Below, piece after piece: positions 35,215-46,332 of a stretch of DNA of 64,000 nucleotides; position 1 is the stretch's first letter; each line of letters opens with the position of its first letter. The stretch lies in IMG/VR virus record IMGVR_UViG_3300029319_008466, positions 1 through 64,000 of that record, one strand, 5' to 3'. A model generated the notes under the pieces. The model had not been told where the DNA came from, ran no database searches, and worked only from the letters and a program-made list of their open reading frames with translations. Source of the DNA: a virus. The position numbers were made by a program, and so were the translations under genes.

Positions 35215-36171
35215 ATGGGAAACGACCCTAGACCACTAAATCAGCAAGCAACTCCATTGGTGCAAAACTGTCAATCTGGCGAAACACCGGGACCACAAGC
35301 ACTGGGCCCTCAAGACGAGATGGCGGCGATGTCTCTGTCACCGGCAGAACATGGGCGCTGGGAGTTGTGGTACAACAAAAGACTAATTGGGCACACCAAT
35401 AGAATAATAACAGTCGATGAAAGCACCGGAGCGAAACTTCCTGAAGAAACAGCCGGATTTTTTGATGAAATGAGATTCGCCGCAGCGCAAGATGGTATCA
35501 CACTCGGGCTTAAAGATGGCTGGAGAACGATTGGGGCACAAAAATATTATTACAAGGGCTGGACAGCCAAACAAGCTGCCAAAGCAGACGGTAGTTTTCA
35601 ATCACGCCAAAACGAAATAATTTCGTATTTCGACCCAGAAGAAAATAGACACTATAGTGGCAAACTAAAGGGATTTAACCCCGCAGCATCTCCCGGCAGA
35701 TCAAATCATCATTGGGGCGGCGCAGTCGATATTAAAGCAGGTACGTGGAGAGATACAGGGGGGCATGTATACCAGTGGTTGGTATATAATGCTCATAAAT
35801 ATGGCTGGGTACGAACCGTGTGGAACGAAAGGTGGCACTGGGAATATTGGGGAAACTGGGCAGGAGAGCAGGCTAGACCTGAATGGGCAAAAGGATGGCA
35901 CACACCCGCTACGATGTTCCAATACGTCCCAGCCGATCACACGTTATATGACGGCGGAGGTAGTACCAAATCACCAATTACCACTGGAAGATGGGGTGAT
36001 CACAGCGACAACCCTTTGGGAGCTAATCACCCAGATAACGCATCCAAGGGAAAAACAAATACTTGGATTGGATATGATGGGAGAAATTTAGCTGAAGATG
36101 TTTTATCTCACCGTTCCGACATGGCGATCTGGGAAGATGGCAGAGTCTATGTTCCCTCGCCTTTTCAATAG
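35215..36171 (+). CDS. M15B-family (VanY-like) Zn peptidoglycan peptidase
   Basis: GWRT...Q, PGRSNHHWGGAVD (SxHxxGxAxD), ERWHW (ExWH). Confidence 0.85.
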   Translation: MGNDPRPLNQQATPLVQNCQSGETPGPQALGPQDEMAAMSLSPAEHGRWELWYNKRLIGHTNRIITVDESTGAKLPEETAGFFDEMRFAAAQDGITLGLKDGWRTIGAQKYYYKGWTAKQAAKADGSFQSRQNEIISYFDPEENRHYSGKLKGFNPAASPGRSNHHWGGAVDIKAGTWRDTGGHVYQWLVYNAHKYGWVRTVWNERWHWEYWGNWAGEQARPEWAKGWHTPATMFQYVPADHTLYDGGGSTKSPITTGRWGDHSDNPLGANHPDNASKGKTNTWIGYDGRNLAEDVLSHRSDMAIWEDGRVYVPSPFQ

Positions 36172-36187
36172 ATAATCACATTAGCAA

Positions 36188-36194
36188 CTATTTA
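36188..36194 (+). promoter_or_regulatory. Candidate late promoter CTATTTA, possibly leaderless
   Basis: Ends 5 nt before ATG 36200, with no SD. Confidence 0.45.
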
Positions 36195-36199
36195 AAGAT

Positions 36200-37159
36200 A
36201 TGGCAAATACTACAAAAAGTGTGTGTTTAGATGGCTTAGATGAAAGCACTATAAAGGCAGCGGAGCAAAACGAAGAATATCAAAGTGGCAACAGGGGAAG
36301 AGGTGTCAACGGCGACACTATACTTGAAGCAATTCCCGAACATGATCAAACACCTTGTGAAAAAGTATATAACCACCATAATTCATGGATTGTTCTTGGA
36401 AGAGATCGCAATGGTGGCAAAAGTAGTGGATATGGTGGAAAAGGGCATACACAAGCACACTCAATCGACATAGTAGTGGGCAAAGGTGGTCATTGCGGAG
36501 ATTTTGACGATGGTCAGTTACTTCCTCCAAATTTTGTTGCTGATACTGCTAGAATTTATATAAGCCAAAAGACAGATATTGATGAATACTTTGGAATCAA
36601 TGCTGGTCAAATGGGACAGTCTGTTGCCAAGTCCGGCATAGGAATTAAAGCAGATGCTGTTCGAATTGTCGGCACCGAGGGTATAAAACTTGTTACAAGA
36701 ACTGAATCTCAAAATTCAAAAAATGGATTTGCTCCATATAATGGAATAGAAATTATTGCGGGCAACGATGACTCTTCGTTACAGTCCATGGTTAAGGGCG
36801 ATGACTTGCTCGAATGTCTAAAGGAACTAGAACAAAGAATAAATGATATATCCGATTATCTTACGCAATTCGCAGATGCACAAATAGAATTTAATGCTAA
36901 AGTAAAAGATCACACTCATCCCTTAAACGGATCCGCAATAGACCCCCTTTCTGGGCTAATTCCTATCGATCCAACATCTACTGCAAAATCTTCTTTAAAT
37001 CTTAGAACGCCTGCCGCAATTGCGAACTCAAAAATAAACAATATGTCACTCGATCTATATAATGCTCATCGACCAAATTTAAACGTGTTTTGGCGCAACA
37101 AATATTTAAGCTCTGCCGGAGATAATTATATACTAAGCCGATACAATAAGGTGAATTAA
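36200..37159 (+). CDS. Baseplate central spike-like protein (gp5 C-terminal-like)
   Basis: Beta-rich core (IVLGRDR, ARIYISQKTDID, KADAVRIVG), then a coiled segment and an HTH (HxH) tip motif. Confidence 0.6.
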   Translation: MANTTKSVCLDGLDESTIKAAEQNEEYQSGNRGRGVNGDTILEAIPEHDQTPCEKVYNHHNSWIVLGRDRNGGKSSGYGGKGHTQAHSIDIVVGKGGHCGDFDDGQLLPPNFVADTARIYISQKTDIDEYFGINAGQMGQSVAKSGIGIKADAVRIVGTEGIKLVTRTESQNSKNGFAPYNGIEIIAGNDDSSLQSMVKGDDLLECLKELEQRINDISDYLTQFADAQIEFNAKVKDHTHPLNGSAIDPLSGLIPIDPTSTAKSSLNLRTPAAIANSKINNMSLDLYNAHRPNLNVFWRNKYLSSAGDNYILSRYNKVN

Positions 37160-37160
37160 G

Positions 37161-40100
37161 ATGTCAATTTGGGGTAACAAACCATCGTCTGAATCTTTTC
37201 CATTTATAGAGATTGATGATTGGCAATATAAAGATGAGTGTCATCCATACACCGATGGAGAAGGTTTTTTATATATTGTTGTGGAAAGTGAGTATTTGTC
37301 ACCCGGAAACGATAAAGAAAACCGATTAGCTGAAGCAAGAAGATATGGCGTAGAAAAATTACTTCAATTTTATGGAAAAATGCAAGACGAGGCGACAGTT
37401 GACCAACTTGATTCTGTTGCAGAAACTCCCGATTATCTTGTAAATTATAGACCATGCGGCAACATGATAGTTCTCGTAAGGGTACCAGTTGAAACTTTTG
37501 AAGCTATAGCTGATGATGACACTGAATGTGATGTAGCACAAAGACTGCCAAACCAAGTATCTGCTTTTTTATCCGTTGAAAATTATAGGCAACAAATTGA
37601 ATATGTTGTCAACGTAGTTGAATCTTTTATTCCTTTTATTGCGGCATCGGACCAATTTATTACAAATATTAATATAATCAAGGAAATGCGAAGACTGAGA
37701 AGAACCGCTGATGTTATAGAAAGATACTTTAATTTAAACAATATTTCTGCTTCAAACACAACAGAGTGCCCTCCGAACCTTGAAGATGTTTTAGAAATTG
37801 TTTATTCAGTGGAATACGACGTAATGTTTGCACTAATTGAAGGCAAGCAATACACAATTGGATATAACTGTTTTGTTGAAAACCCTTTATTAAATCACCT
37901 AACAACGGCTCATCTTTTGGCCAACTTAGGAGCAATGGAGGGTGAGCTTATATATGCATATAATGACTCTTTTAACATATTTGATTTTTTAGAAAAATAT
38001 CTTTTGCCAACTCCTATAATAATGCCAAAAGAAAAAGCAACAGATGGTCTTGCAAAATATGATGAAAACGGATTACCGCTTTCTCTGGCAGATATTGCAA
38101 AAATAATTACTTTAGATTTAGATGTTAACCTGTGCCCTACTGAAGAAGAGCGACTACAGCGTGAAAGAGTAATCTTGAGTCCCGTAACAAGAGCAAGCAT
38201 CGCTCGCGCAGCAACTCAAGCAGAAGAATTTGTTGGAGACAATAAGCTTTCCTCAAAAGGAGTGCAGGATCTTGTCGAACAAATGAGCGCCATAAAAGGT
38301 TCTTTTACTTCAAAACAGGGTGCCGAGGAAGCGCTTGATCAACTTTATAACAACACAATGGCAAAAATAAACATTGGTTGTGTGCTGAATGAAACACTTC
38401 AGTGTCTTTTGGAAAAATCTATAACGCTCTTGGGTGAAGAACTTTTTGATGACCCGGATCTAGAAAAAATTATTAATATCAGAAAAGGCACTTTGGGACA
38501 GTTTGTGGATGGTGAGTGCAATCTTAAAAAATGTGATGGAACTCCAATGATAAATGCAGATATTGGGTTTCCTGTATTCCAGGGAATCACAATACCTGAT
38601 AATTTTCCAACGCTTAATTTCCTTGGCTCAACTTTTGAGAATGCTTTAGAGCAGTTGTATCTTGAACTTATCAATGCTTTGTCATCGTTAGTTTTGGGCG
38701 TGTTACAAAATTCTTGCGAATTGTTGTACAAAACTGCAACAGAAGGGATTGATGTTTCCTATGGAATGTTGGAAGATAATCTTCAAGATTGGATATCTAA
38801 ATCAATAGGTGTAAACTATGAAGACTTAAACGATCCAGAAGCTTGGAGTGATGCTCTTCAAAAATCAGGCGGTACTGGTTTTTTGGGAACTGTGGGAAAT
38901 TACGTTTCCAGAATGGAGGACTCTTTTGAATCGGTAATTTCAGGTACCGGAATTAGTATGAATTTGCCAATACCCGATCCAAACAATGCATGGAATTTTA
39001 ATACTGAAGAAGTGTTTATTTCTCCGCAAGTGCTATCTCAATTTTTCTCTGATACAAAAGATGCCGCAGAAAATGTTCAATCAATATTATCTCCAGCGGA
39101 GTCGAGAGATGTATATAAGGGTATTGCGAATGATGAAACTCTCACATTGATGTACAAGTGTGTGAACAAAGCTAATCCTAGTTTTGGTGCCCTTTTTAAA
39201 AACAAACATGAAATGGGTGATTTGTTTTCTGGATTGGGAAAGCTTGTTGATAATGAATTTCTTGATAGCCCGCTTCCCCTTGCCACAACGGTACCCACGG
39301 ATCTTTGCAATATTACCAACTCTGATAGTGCCGCCACAATAAGAGAGATACTGCTTAGTGAAAAAGATGATGAATTAACGACAGAAGAGATTAATGAAAT
39401 ATTAGATAAAGAAAAAAAACGCACTAAACAGAAATTAATACAAACATTTGAAATTTTGGAATTATATCAAAACGGAAATATTATATCAGGTTTCCCAAAA
39501 CTTTACGGCGGAGAAGGCGCTTTAATACCCGAAGCCCCTCCAATTATTAGTAATATAATAAAAAATTCAGTAGATGGGCTATTTGGCAGCGCAATATCTG
39601 ATTTTTCAACAAATATTGCCAACTATCAAGATTATTGGTTTGAAGACCCCGAGTTGGGACTTCCAAAAATAAAATTTGTATCAGTCCAAACAACCCCCAC
39701 GACAGTGTATTACAATGAAGATGGAAAGTTATTGGGGTATGATTTCGCGGATGCGTATTTATCTAAAGATGGACCCATATACGAGATCATAAAATATGTA
39801 AAAGATACTCCGACACAAGAAGGCACCACCGCCTATGTTTATAGCTACCCTGCAAAGTTCAGAGTGAGTCCATTTAGAGCGCTTTATAAAAACACAATTA
39901 ATCCATTAACATCTGGGCAAAACTCAGAGCGAATATTGTTAGATGATCAATTGAAAAATATATCATTTTTTAGCAAAGCAGAATTGAATAAGCGCCCAAC
40001 GCAAACCAGTGAGTATGAGGAAAACGCAGTTAAATACGATACTACTGATTATGATATTGGAAACAAAACCAATACCTTGGGTCAGACTAGTTTCAGAAAC

Positions 40101-42491
40101 CAATATGAGTATAAAAAAGAGTATAATTTTGAAATTAACTATCCTTTTCGTTGGTTGTCGGAATACGGTCTTAATAGAGAGGAAATAGGAAATGCGGATA
40201 TTTTCAAACAAATAATAAGGAACTCTTTAAACAAATATTTCACCTACTCACAAGATGCTACGCACATTGATGCAATTGTAGATGCACTTGGTGTGTCCAC
40301 TATTAATGAAAACATGTGGCTTGGATCCTCTAATTATGCCAACTTATTACAAAATATATTAAAAAGGTCAATAGAGCACGTCGCGCCTCTTGGTGAATAT
40401 CGGGCCCCGTCCTCAAGAGGTACGCCAGAATGGTCCATCCAAAGAGATAATGCGACGGCATGGAATACAAAGCTTGGTGAAATAGACTTAACATACAACA
40501 GTTCAGATATTTTTGGCTATAATACTCTCAAACAACAATCTGCCGATTTTTTAAACAACATCCTTAATATTGATAAAGCTGTTTTTTGTGACCCCCTTAC
40601 ACCTTTGAATAGAACAGGTGTAACATATGCAATAAAGATGCTAATAAGATCTTTTTTCGTTGAGCAGTCATATACAACAGTCCAAGTTTTTAATGCATTC
40701 GATGTATCATCTTATGGCGAATCACAATTATTTATTGACTATTTGTATAGCAAAATGGAAATTTATTTAGACAAAGTTTACGCTAATTTTGAAACCCTTG
40801 ATGGTCGGTTGTGGCAAGCTTTATTAGACGAGTGTCAAAATATATATGATATTCGAATAGCACTCGGAGAAGAGTTGCCGACAGTTAACAGTTCCGAGGG
40901 CATTTTTAAATACTTTATTCAAGAAGAACTAATAGAGATTCATGCAAATATAGAAAATGCCATAGATACACTGTATCCAGATTATGAGACATTTAACCAT
41001 TTTATAATTGATAAATTGTTTCCAAGTTTGGCTGCCAGCACCAACGCTGTTGAACAAAAATACGAGGCTTCGATTCCATCGAAACAGTCAGGAACTTTTA
41101 CACAAAATGTAGTGGTAGGAACTCCTGATTTCCGCTCTGGAAAGATGCTTCCACCTGACGCTTCAGATGCTTGGTTTGAGGCATTGGCAAATACATCAGA
41201 TATAATAGAAAAACCAAAGTGGGAGGATGTGAACTTTAGTTTTCCAGCATATTTTGATGAATCTCACAAAGAACAGATGAAGCAAGATTTTGAAGAAATT
41301 ATAAATACATATTGGGATGCACTTCGCGAAGCCCGAGAAAGCGCCTCCAATAATACTGCCGACGACATCTACCCTGAAATACCTCAAGATTTAAGAGATC
41401 TCAACAGGAAAACCTTTGATAAAAACACATTAGAACAGGTCGTTATTGATGATTCCAAAGATATACAAGAAACAAAAATTTCTTCTTATCAGTTTGAAAA
41501 CGTAGGCTTTGGCGAGGAATCATACCAATACCCAAACGTTGCCACAGTAACTATTGGAATTAACTTTAATATAGACATTACTGCTGATGTACAAGTAGAA
41601 TATGACGCAACAAGTGAGTATTTAGCAGGACAAGAAGACTCTCCAATCTACAATTCATTCGAGATTTATAATCGAGTCAGCGATGATCCAGATTCTGTGG
41701 AGAAAGAAGGGACAATCGACATTCAAGACAGTGAAGTAGAAATAAACGTTGGCGGGCCTCTTATTGAATCTTATGTAGAGTACAAAAAGAAGGGTGGAGA
41801 CACCAACGTGATGGGAGTTAACGCTTTTGTAAGGGAGCAATTATCAAATGAAAAATTAGATGCAAAGTTTAAAGATGTGTATGAATATATAATATTTGGT
41901 AGAAGAGTGTGTCTTATCTCTGAGCCTTCTTTCTCAGACACAACCGCCAACTCAACCCCATCGCAACGGAAGACTGGAACAGTTAAAGACGAAGTTGGCA
42001 AATTAACAAACGTTACCTCGGTATCAGAAAAATATAAAGTGTTTGAAATGAAAAAACAAGAAAGAAGAATTAATGGACGACAAACAGCATATGATTATAT
42101 TTCAATACCCCTTGTCTCTGTTGAGTGCGAATACAGCCCATCTGATCTAACTTCAGATACGACGATTGAACAGGTGTTAAAAACATTCGAAGACGAATAT
42201 CACCAAAAAGTAAAAAATGATCTTAAAGCGCGATTGTTCGAAACAGATGAATTTAAGCTCTTGTTCGAACACTTGTTTCCTATGCGAGATATAGTGTCTT
42301 TGTTGTCCATATTCGAAGACGCTTATTTATCTGATTCTGATTTAAGACCAAAAACTGCGGCATCGCCGATTCAACAGATTATGGATGATACAAAATTATC
42401 AATATTACAAGTATTTGTAGCATCTTTATATGGAAATGGGAAAATATCTTACCCTGATCCATTTATTGAAAAAGCCGGTGGCTTCTTATAA
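37161..42491 (+). CDS. Large acidic virion/baseplate-region protein of unknown function
   Basis: 1776-aa ORF between the spike-like gene and gp25. Confidence 0.6.
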   Translation: MSIWGNKPSSESFPFIEIDDWQYKDECHPYTDGEGFLYIVVESEYLSPGNDKENRLAEARRYGVEKLLQFYGKMQDEATVDQLDSVAETPDYLVNYRPCGNMIVLVRVPVETFEAIADDDTECDVAQRLPNQVSAFLSVENYRQQIEYVVNVVESFIPFIAASDQFITNINIIKEMRRLRRTADVIERYFNLNNISASNTTECPPNLEDVLEIVYSVEYDVMFALIEGKQYTIGYNCFVENPLLNHLTTAHLLANLGAMEGELIYAYNDSFNIFDFLEKYLLPTPIIMPKEKATDGLAKYDENGLPLSLADIAKIITLDLDVNLCPTEEERLQRERVILSPVTRASIARAATQAEEFVGDNKLSSKGVQDLVEQMSAIKGSFTSKQGAEEALDQLYNNTMAKINIGCVLNETLQCLLEKSITLLGEELFDDPDLEKIINIRKGTLGQFVDGECNLKKCDGTPMINADIGFPVFQGITIPDNFPTLNFLGSTFENALEQLYLELINALSSLVLGVLQNSCELLYKTATEGIDVSYGMLEDNLQDWISKSIGVNYEDLNDPEAWSDALQKSGGTGFLGTVGNYVSRMEDSFESVISGTGISMNLPIPDPNNAWNFNTEEVFISPQVLSQFFSDTKDAAENVQSILSPAESRDVYKGIANDETLTLMYKCVNKANPSFGALFKNKHEMGDLFSGLGKLVDNEFLDSPLPLATTVPTDLCNITNSDSAATIREILLSEKDDELTTEEINEILDKEKKRTKQKLIQTFEILELYQNGNIISGFPKLYGGEGALIPEAPPIISNIIKNSVDGLFGSAISDFSTNIANYQDYWFEDPELGLPKIKFVSVQTTPTTVYYNEDGKLLGYDFADAYLSKDGPIYEIIKYVKDTPTQEGTTAYVYSYPAKFRVSPFRALYKNTINPLTSGQNSERILLDDQLKNISFFSKAELNKRPTQTSEYEENAVKYDTTDYDIGNKTNTLGQTSFRNQYEYKKEYNFEINYPFRWLSEYGLNREEIGNADIFKQIIRNSLNKYFTYSQDATHIDAIVDALGVSTINENMWLGSSNYANLLQNILKRSIEHVAPLGEYRAPSSRGTPEWSIQRDNATAWNTKLGEIDLTYNSSDIFGYNTLKQQSADFLNNILNIDKAVFCDPLTPLNRTGVTYAIKMLIRSFFVEQSYTTVQVFNAFDVSSYGESQLFIDYLYSKMEIYLDKVYANFETLDGRLWQALLDECQNIYDIRIALGEELPTVNSSEGIFKYFIQEELIEIHANIENAIDTLYPDYETFNHFIIDKLFPSLAASTNAVEQKYEASIPSKQSGTFTQNVVVGTPDFRSGKMLPPDASDAWFEALANTSDIIEKPKWEDVNFSFPAYFDESHKEQMKQDFEEIINTYWDALREARESASNNTADDIYPEIPQDLRDLNRKTFDKNTLEQVVIDDSKDIQETKISSYQFENVGFGEESYQYPNVATVTIGINFNIDITADVQVEYDATSEYLAGQEDSPIYNSFEIYNRVSDDPDSVEKEGTIDIQDSEVEINVGGPLIESYVEYKKKGGDTNVMGVNAFVREQLSNEKLDAKFKDVYEYIIFGRRVCLISEPSFSDTTANSTPSQRKTGTVKDEVGKLTNVTSVSEKYKVFEMKKQERRINGRQTAYDYISIPLVSVECEYSPSDLTSDTTIEQVLKTFEDEYHQKVKNDLKARLFETDEFKLLFEHLFPMRDIVSLLSIFEDAYLSDSDLRPKTAASPIQQIMDDTKLSILQVFVASLYGNGKISYPDPFIEKAGGFL

Positions 42492-42498
42492 GATAAAA

Positions 42499-42505
42499 CT
42501 ATTTA
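42499..42505 (+). promoter_or_regulatory. Candidate late promoter CTATTTA
   Basis: Intergenic, upstream of the GAGG SD of the gp25-like gene. Confidence 0.45.
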
Positions 42506-42523
42506 CATAACAGAGGTGCGCTT

Positions 42524-42925
42524 ATGCCTGGAATATCTCCAAAATTACCATTATCTTTAGATCCGGTTGACGGCTATAGATTAAACAAAAATCTTAAACA
42601 AGTAATACAGCAAAATTTAAAAATGTTAGTTTTAACTGCACCAGGAGAAAGAATTATGATTCCTGAATTTGGTGTCGGGTTAAGAAATTATTTATTTAGA
42701 AACGCAACCAATCACACATTCATGGAAATCGAAAATCGGATAATGCAACAAGCCAGTTACTATATGCCAGGAATCAATATTAACAAAGTTGAGTTTCGCA
42801 CGGAACGTCGCGACGAAGCATCAATGGTGATTGAAGGCACATCCCCCACAAACTACCTACAGATTAGAATAATATATGATGTGCCATCGCTGTTTATTTC
42901 TAATGCTTTGACAATTAATTTATGA
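42524..42925 (+). CDS. Baseplate wedge / sheath initiator, gp25/GPW-like
   Basis: QNLKMLVLTAPGERIM.PEFGVGL..YLF signature. Confidence 0.9.
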   Translation: MPGISPKLPLSLDPVDGYRLNKNLKQVIQQNLKMLVLTAPGERIMIPEFGVGLRNYLFRNATNHTFMEIENRIMQQASYYMPGININKVEFRTERRDEASMVIEGTSPTNYLQIRIIYDVPSLFISNALTINL

Positions 42926-42932
42926 GTTGTTG

Positions 42933-42939
42933 ATATTTA
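42933..42939 (+). promoter_or_regulatory. Candidate late promoter ATATTTA
   Basis: Intergenic, upstream of the GAGGA SD of the wedge gene. Confidence 0.4.
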
Positions 42940-42957
42940 CTATAAGAGGAATTTTTT

Positions 42958-44760
42958 GTGCCAAAAAGAAGAGAAAACATCGATATAAATTATCTTAGCA
43001 GAGACTTTCAATCAATAAAAGATGATTTGACCGAATATGCTAGAAGATATTATCCTGACACATTCAGAGATTTTAGCGATGCTGGCTTTGGCGCTCTAAT
43101 GCTTGATATGGTCTCATATGTTGGCGATGTTATGTCTTTTTACTTAGACTATCAAGCGAATGAAAGTTTTCTTTCAACTGCTGTCGAATATGAGAACGTT
43201 TTAAAACACGGTCAATCGATGGGGTATAAGCACCAAGGCGCTAATTCTACTTATGGTACCGTAACACTTTACATTACAGTTCCCTCGGCAGACAACGGAG
43301 TTGGGCCCAACGATGCTGCAATACCAATATTGAAAGCAGGAACACAGTTTATGTCTGAAAACAATTCTATTTTTACACTAATGGAAGATGTGAATTTTGC
43401 TGATTCTGTAAATGATATGGTAGTTGCCAACACAAGCACATCTACCGGAATGCCGTCTCAATATGCTATAAGAGCCACCGGACAAGTCGTGTCTGGAGAA
43501 AATAGATTTAAACGATTTACGGTCGGATCTTTTCAAAAATTTAGAGTTTTAAATCTTGGCGGCAATAATGTTACAGAAATCTTATCTGTTTATGATAGCA
43601 ACGGAAATAGCTATTATGAGGTAGAACACCTTTCCCAAGATACAATTTATTTGCCAATTACAAACACGGATACAACGACCAACGTGCAAACACCAACTAT
43701 AATCAAACCAGTTGTTGTGCCCAGGAGATTTATTGTTGGTAAAAATCGATTTTCGACAAACTTAATTTTTGGATATGGTTCTGATACAGAGCTAAATGCA
43801 TCATCTTTAGTAGATCCCGCTAGTATTGTCATGGACTTGCATGCAAAAAACTATGTTACCGACCGTGCGCTTGATCCTTCAAATCTTGTCAAAACTGATA
43901 AATTTGGCGTAGGTCCATCAAATACTGACATATTAGTTACTTACCGCACAAACACAAACGAAAATTCAAATGCATCATCCAACACAATAACAAGAGTTGT
44001 CAGCGCGGATATGCAATTTAAAGATCCGGTTATGCTTAATACAGGAATAATGAATTCTGTGCAATATAGTTTAGAGGTTAACAACGAAGAACCAATTCAA
44101 GGCGATGTATCGCCGCCAAACCTAATTGAACTAAGAGAATTAATCCAAGGATCATTCTCAGCACATAACAGGGCGGTTACGGCAGAAGATTATAAGGCAT
44201 TAATTTATACCATACCATCTCGTTTTGGAACTGTATATAGGTGTTCTGTTGTGCAAGATGTTGATTCAAATTTAAGAAATATTAATATTTATACAATTTG
44301 TCGCTCAAACAATGGGTACTTAGAAGTCACAAACAATGTTTTGAAAGAAAATATTAAGACATGGTTAAATACTAAAAGAATGATAAATGATTCAATTGAT
44401 ATTTTAGACGCAAAAATTGTAAATCTTGGAATAGAATTTGAATTATTATCAGAGCTTTCAGTAAATAAAACAGTTGTTCTAAACAATGCTATATCCGCAT
44501 TGAGTCGGTATCTTTTAGACCCTGGCGAAGTTGGAGAACATTTTGGAATTACGGATATATATTCTATCTTAAATGATGTTCCGGGTGTAGCAGACGCAAC
44601 TTATGTGAGTGTTTATCAAAAAAGAGGCACTGGATATTCCAGCGTTAGTATGGATGTTAAGAGTCAAATGACTGCTGATGGTAGATTTATAAAAGCTCCT
44701 AAAAATGTTATATTTGAGGTTAAATATCCAAGCTCTGATATTCAAGGGACAATCAAATAA
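42958..44760 (+). CDS. Baseplate wedge subunit (T4 gp6 / J-like)
   Basis: RDFQSIK..L, YVGD..SFYLDYQANE.FL.TA, FG.G, RAVTAEDY. GTG start. Confidence 0.88.
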   Translation: MPKRRENIDINYLSRDFQSIKDDLTEYARRYYPDTFRDFSDAGFGALMLDMVSYVGDVMSFYLDYQANESFLSTAVEYENVLKHGQSMGYKHQGANSTYGTVTLYITVPSADNGVGPNDAAIPILKAGTQFMSENNSIFTLMEDVNFADSVNDMVVANTSTSTGMPSQYAIRATGQVVSGENRFKRFTVGSFQKFRVLNLGGNNVTEILSVYDSNGNSYYEVEHLSQDTIYLPITNTDTTTNVQTPTIIKPVVVPRRFIVGKNRFSTNLIFGYGSDTELNASSLVDPASIVMDLHAKNYVTDRALDPSNLVKTDKFGVGPSNTDILVTYRTNTNENSNASSNTITRVVSADMQFKDPVMLNTGIMNSVQYSLEVNNEEPIQGDVSPPNLIELRELIQGSFSAHNRAVTAEDYKALIYTIPSRFGTVYRCSVVQDVDSNLRNINIYTICRSNNGYLEVTNNVLKENIKTWLNTKRMINDSIDILDAKIVNLGIEFELLSELSVNKTVVLNNAISALSRYLLDPGEVGEHFGITDIYSILNDVPGVADATYVSVYQKRGTGYSSVSMDVKSQMTADGRFIKAPKNVIFEVKYPSSDIQGTIK

Positions 44761-46331
44761 TGGGTATTAAAAGATATACGGCGACAGAAGATACAACAAT
44801 TACCAACGCTTATAAGCCAAACTTAACAAGTCGTGCCACAGGTTCAAATATGGGTTTGTCTGATTCGCTAGAGGTGTTTAGGATTTATGGTCAAGAATCT
44901 TCTGGCTCAAGCGAACTGTCAAGGATACTTGTTAAATTTCCTGTCACGGGAAGCAATTCAATTAAATCAGATCGTGCAGCAGGCACTATTCCAGAAAGTG
45001 GTAGTGTCAATTTTTACCTTCGCATGTTCAATGCTGAACACCCCTTTACATTGCCGCGAAATTTTAGTTTAACTGTAGCTGCTATTTCTCGTTCTTGGAA
45101 TGAAGGTACTGGAATGGACATGGATGCATATTCCGATTTGGGTGCGACCAACTGGCTATCCGCCTCCAGTGGTTCCGCTGGCGCTGTTTTATGGACTTCT
45201 CAAGGAGGCGATCTTCATGCCTCTCCAACGTACACAGTAGACTTTGATAAGGGCACTGAAGATATTGAACTGGATATTACCGCATTAGTTGAGCAGTGGA
45301 TATCTGGTTCGGCAGCAGGCGGTAGTGGAATGGGGCCAGGACCGGGAACCACAAAAGGAAAACAAAATTATGGTGCAGCTATATATTTAACAAACGAAAC
45401 GGCATATTCTTCTTCATATACAAAAAAGTTTTTTGCCAGAGGATCTGAGTATTTTTTCAAACGCCCAATAATTGAAGCAAGGTGGGATTCTGCAAGAAAA
45501 GATAACAGAGGCAATTTCTTTTACAGTAGCTCTTTGGCTCCAGCGGTTGATAACTTAAACACATTATACTTGTACAACTATGTTCGTGGAAGATTGGTGG
45601 ATATTCCTGGTCTTGGTAGCACCAACAAAATATATGTAAGCCTTTTTTCTGGCACAGCCGACAATACAACGACTTCCGGCTCTGCGCTTAATTTGTCAGC
45701 CGGTGGCGGGGTTGTCACAACTGGTCACATTAATGCCACAGGAAGTAAAATCGCTACAGGAATATATTCGTGCTCACTGGCGTTGACTGCTGCGAATCCT
45801 AATAATGTTGGTCACTACCCTGGTACAAATTTAACAAAAATATTTGACGTGTGGCACACAAAGAGCGACGGTGCATCTATTGGTAGCATTGTGTATCATA
45901 CTGGAAGTTTTAAGCCACAAGTGTTAGATTCCTCTGTTCCAAACCCTTATTCAAAATATGTTCTAAATATAACCAATTTAAGAGATGTATATTACACAGA
46001 CGAAACTGTGCAATTTAGGGTGTATACGCGGCAAAAAGACTGGAACCCTACAATTTGGACTAAGGCAAGTATAGATCCCGAGCTTGAAATTATAGAAAGT
46101 GGCGCTTATAAAGTTGTTAGAATTATTGATAATTTTGACGCCATTCCGTTTGGAACGGGCAGTGACTTGCAGACCCAAGTTTCATATGATGTAAGTGGAA
46201 GCTATTTTACGTTAGACATGAACATGTTAGAGACGGGATACGCATATGGAATTAAGTTTGCTTTTTATGATGGTGTAGCAGCAACATGGAATGAGTATCC
46301 TGACGTATTTAAATTTAGAGTAGAGGATTGA
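44760..46331 (+). CDS. Virion structural protein, [S/T]GS-rich
   Basis: DTTI, SRILVKF, WNEGTG, W...GGD (DNRLRE-like). I counted 11 [S/T]GS by hand. Confidence 0.65.
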   Translation: MGIKRYTATEDTTITNAYKPNLTSRATGSNMGLSDSLEVFRIYGQESSGSSELSRILVKFPVTGSNSIKSDRAAGTIPESGSVNFYLRMFNAEHPFTLPRNFSLTVAAISRSWNEGTGMDMDAYSDLGATNWLSASSGSAGAVLWTSQGGDLHASPTYTVDFDKGTEDIELDITALVEQWISGSAAGGSGMGPGPGTTKGKQNYGAAIYLTNETAYSSSYTKKFFARGSEYFFKRPIIEARWDSARKDNRGNFFYSSSLAPAVDNLNTLYLYNYVRGRLVDIPGLGSTNKIYVSLFSGTADNTTTSGSALNLSAGGGVVTTGHINATGSKIATGIYSCSLALTAANPNNVGHYPGTNLTKIFDVWHTKSDGASIGSIVYHTGSFKPQVLDSSVPNPYSKYVLNITNLRDVYYTDETVQFRVYTRQKDWNPTIWTKASIDPELEIIESGAYKVVRIIDNFDAIPFGTGSDLQTQVSYDVSGSYFTLDMNMLETGYAYGIKFAFYDGVAATWNEYPDVFKFRVED

Positions 46332-46332
46332 T

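Noticed and set aside
42908-42940. TTGACA as a sigma70 -35 box
   Set aside because: No acceptable -10 at 16-18 nt spacing.
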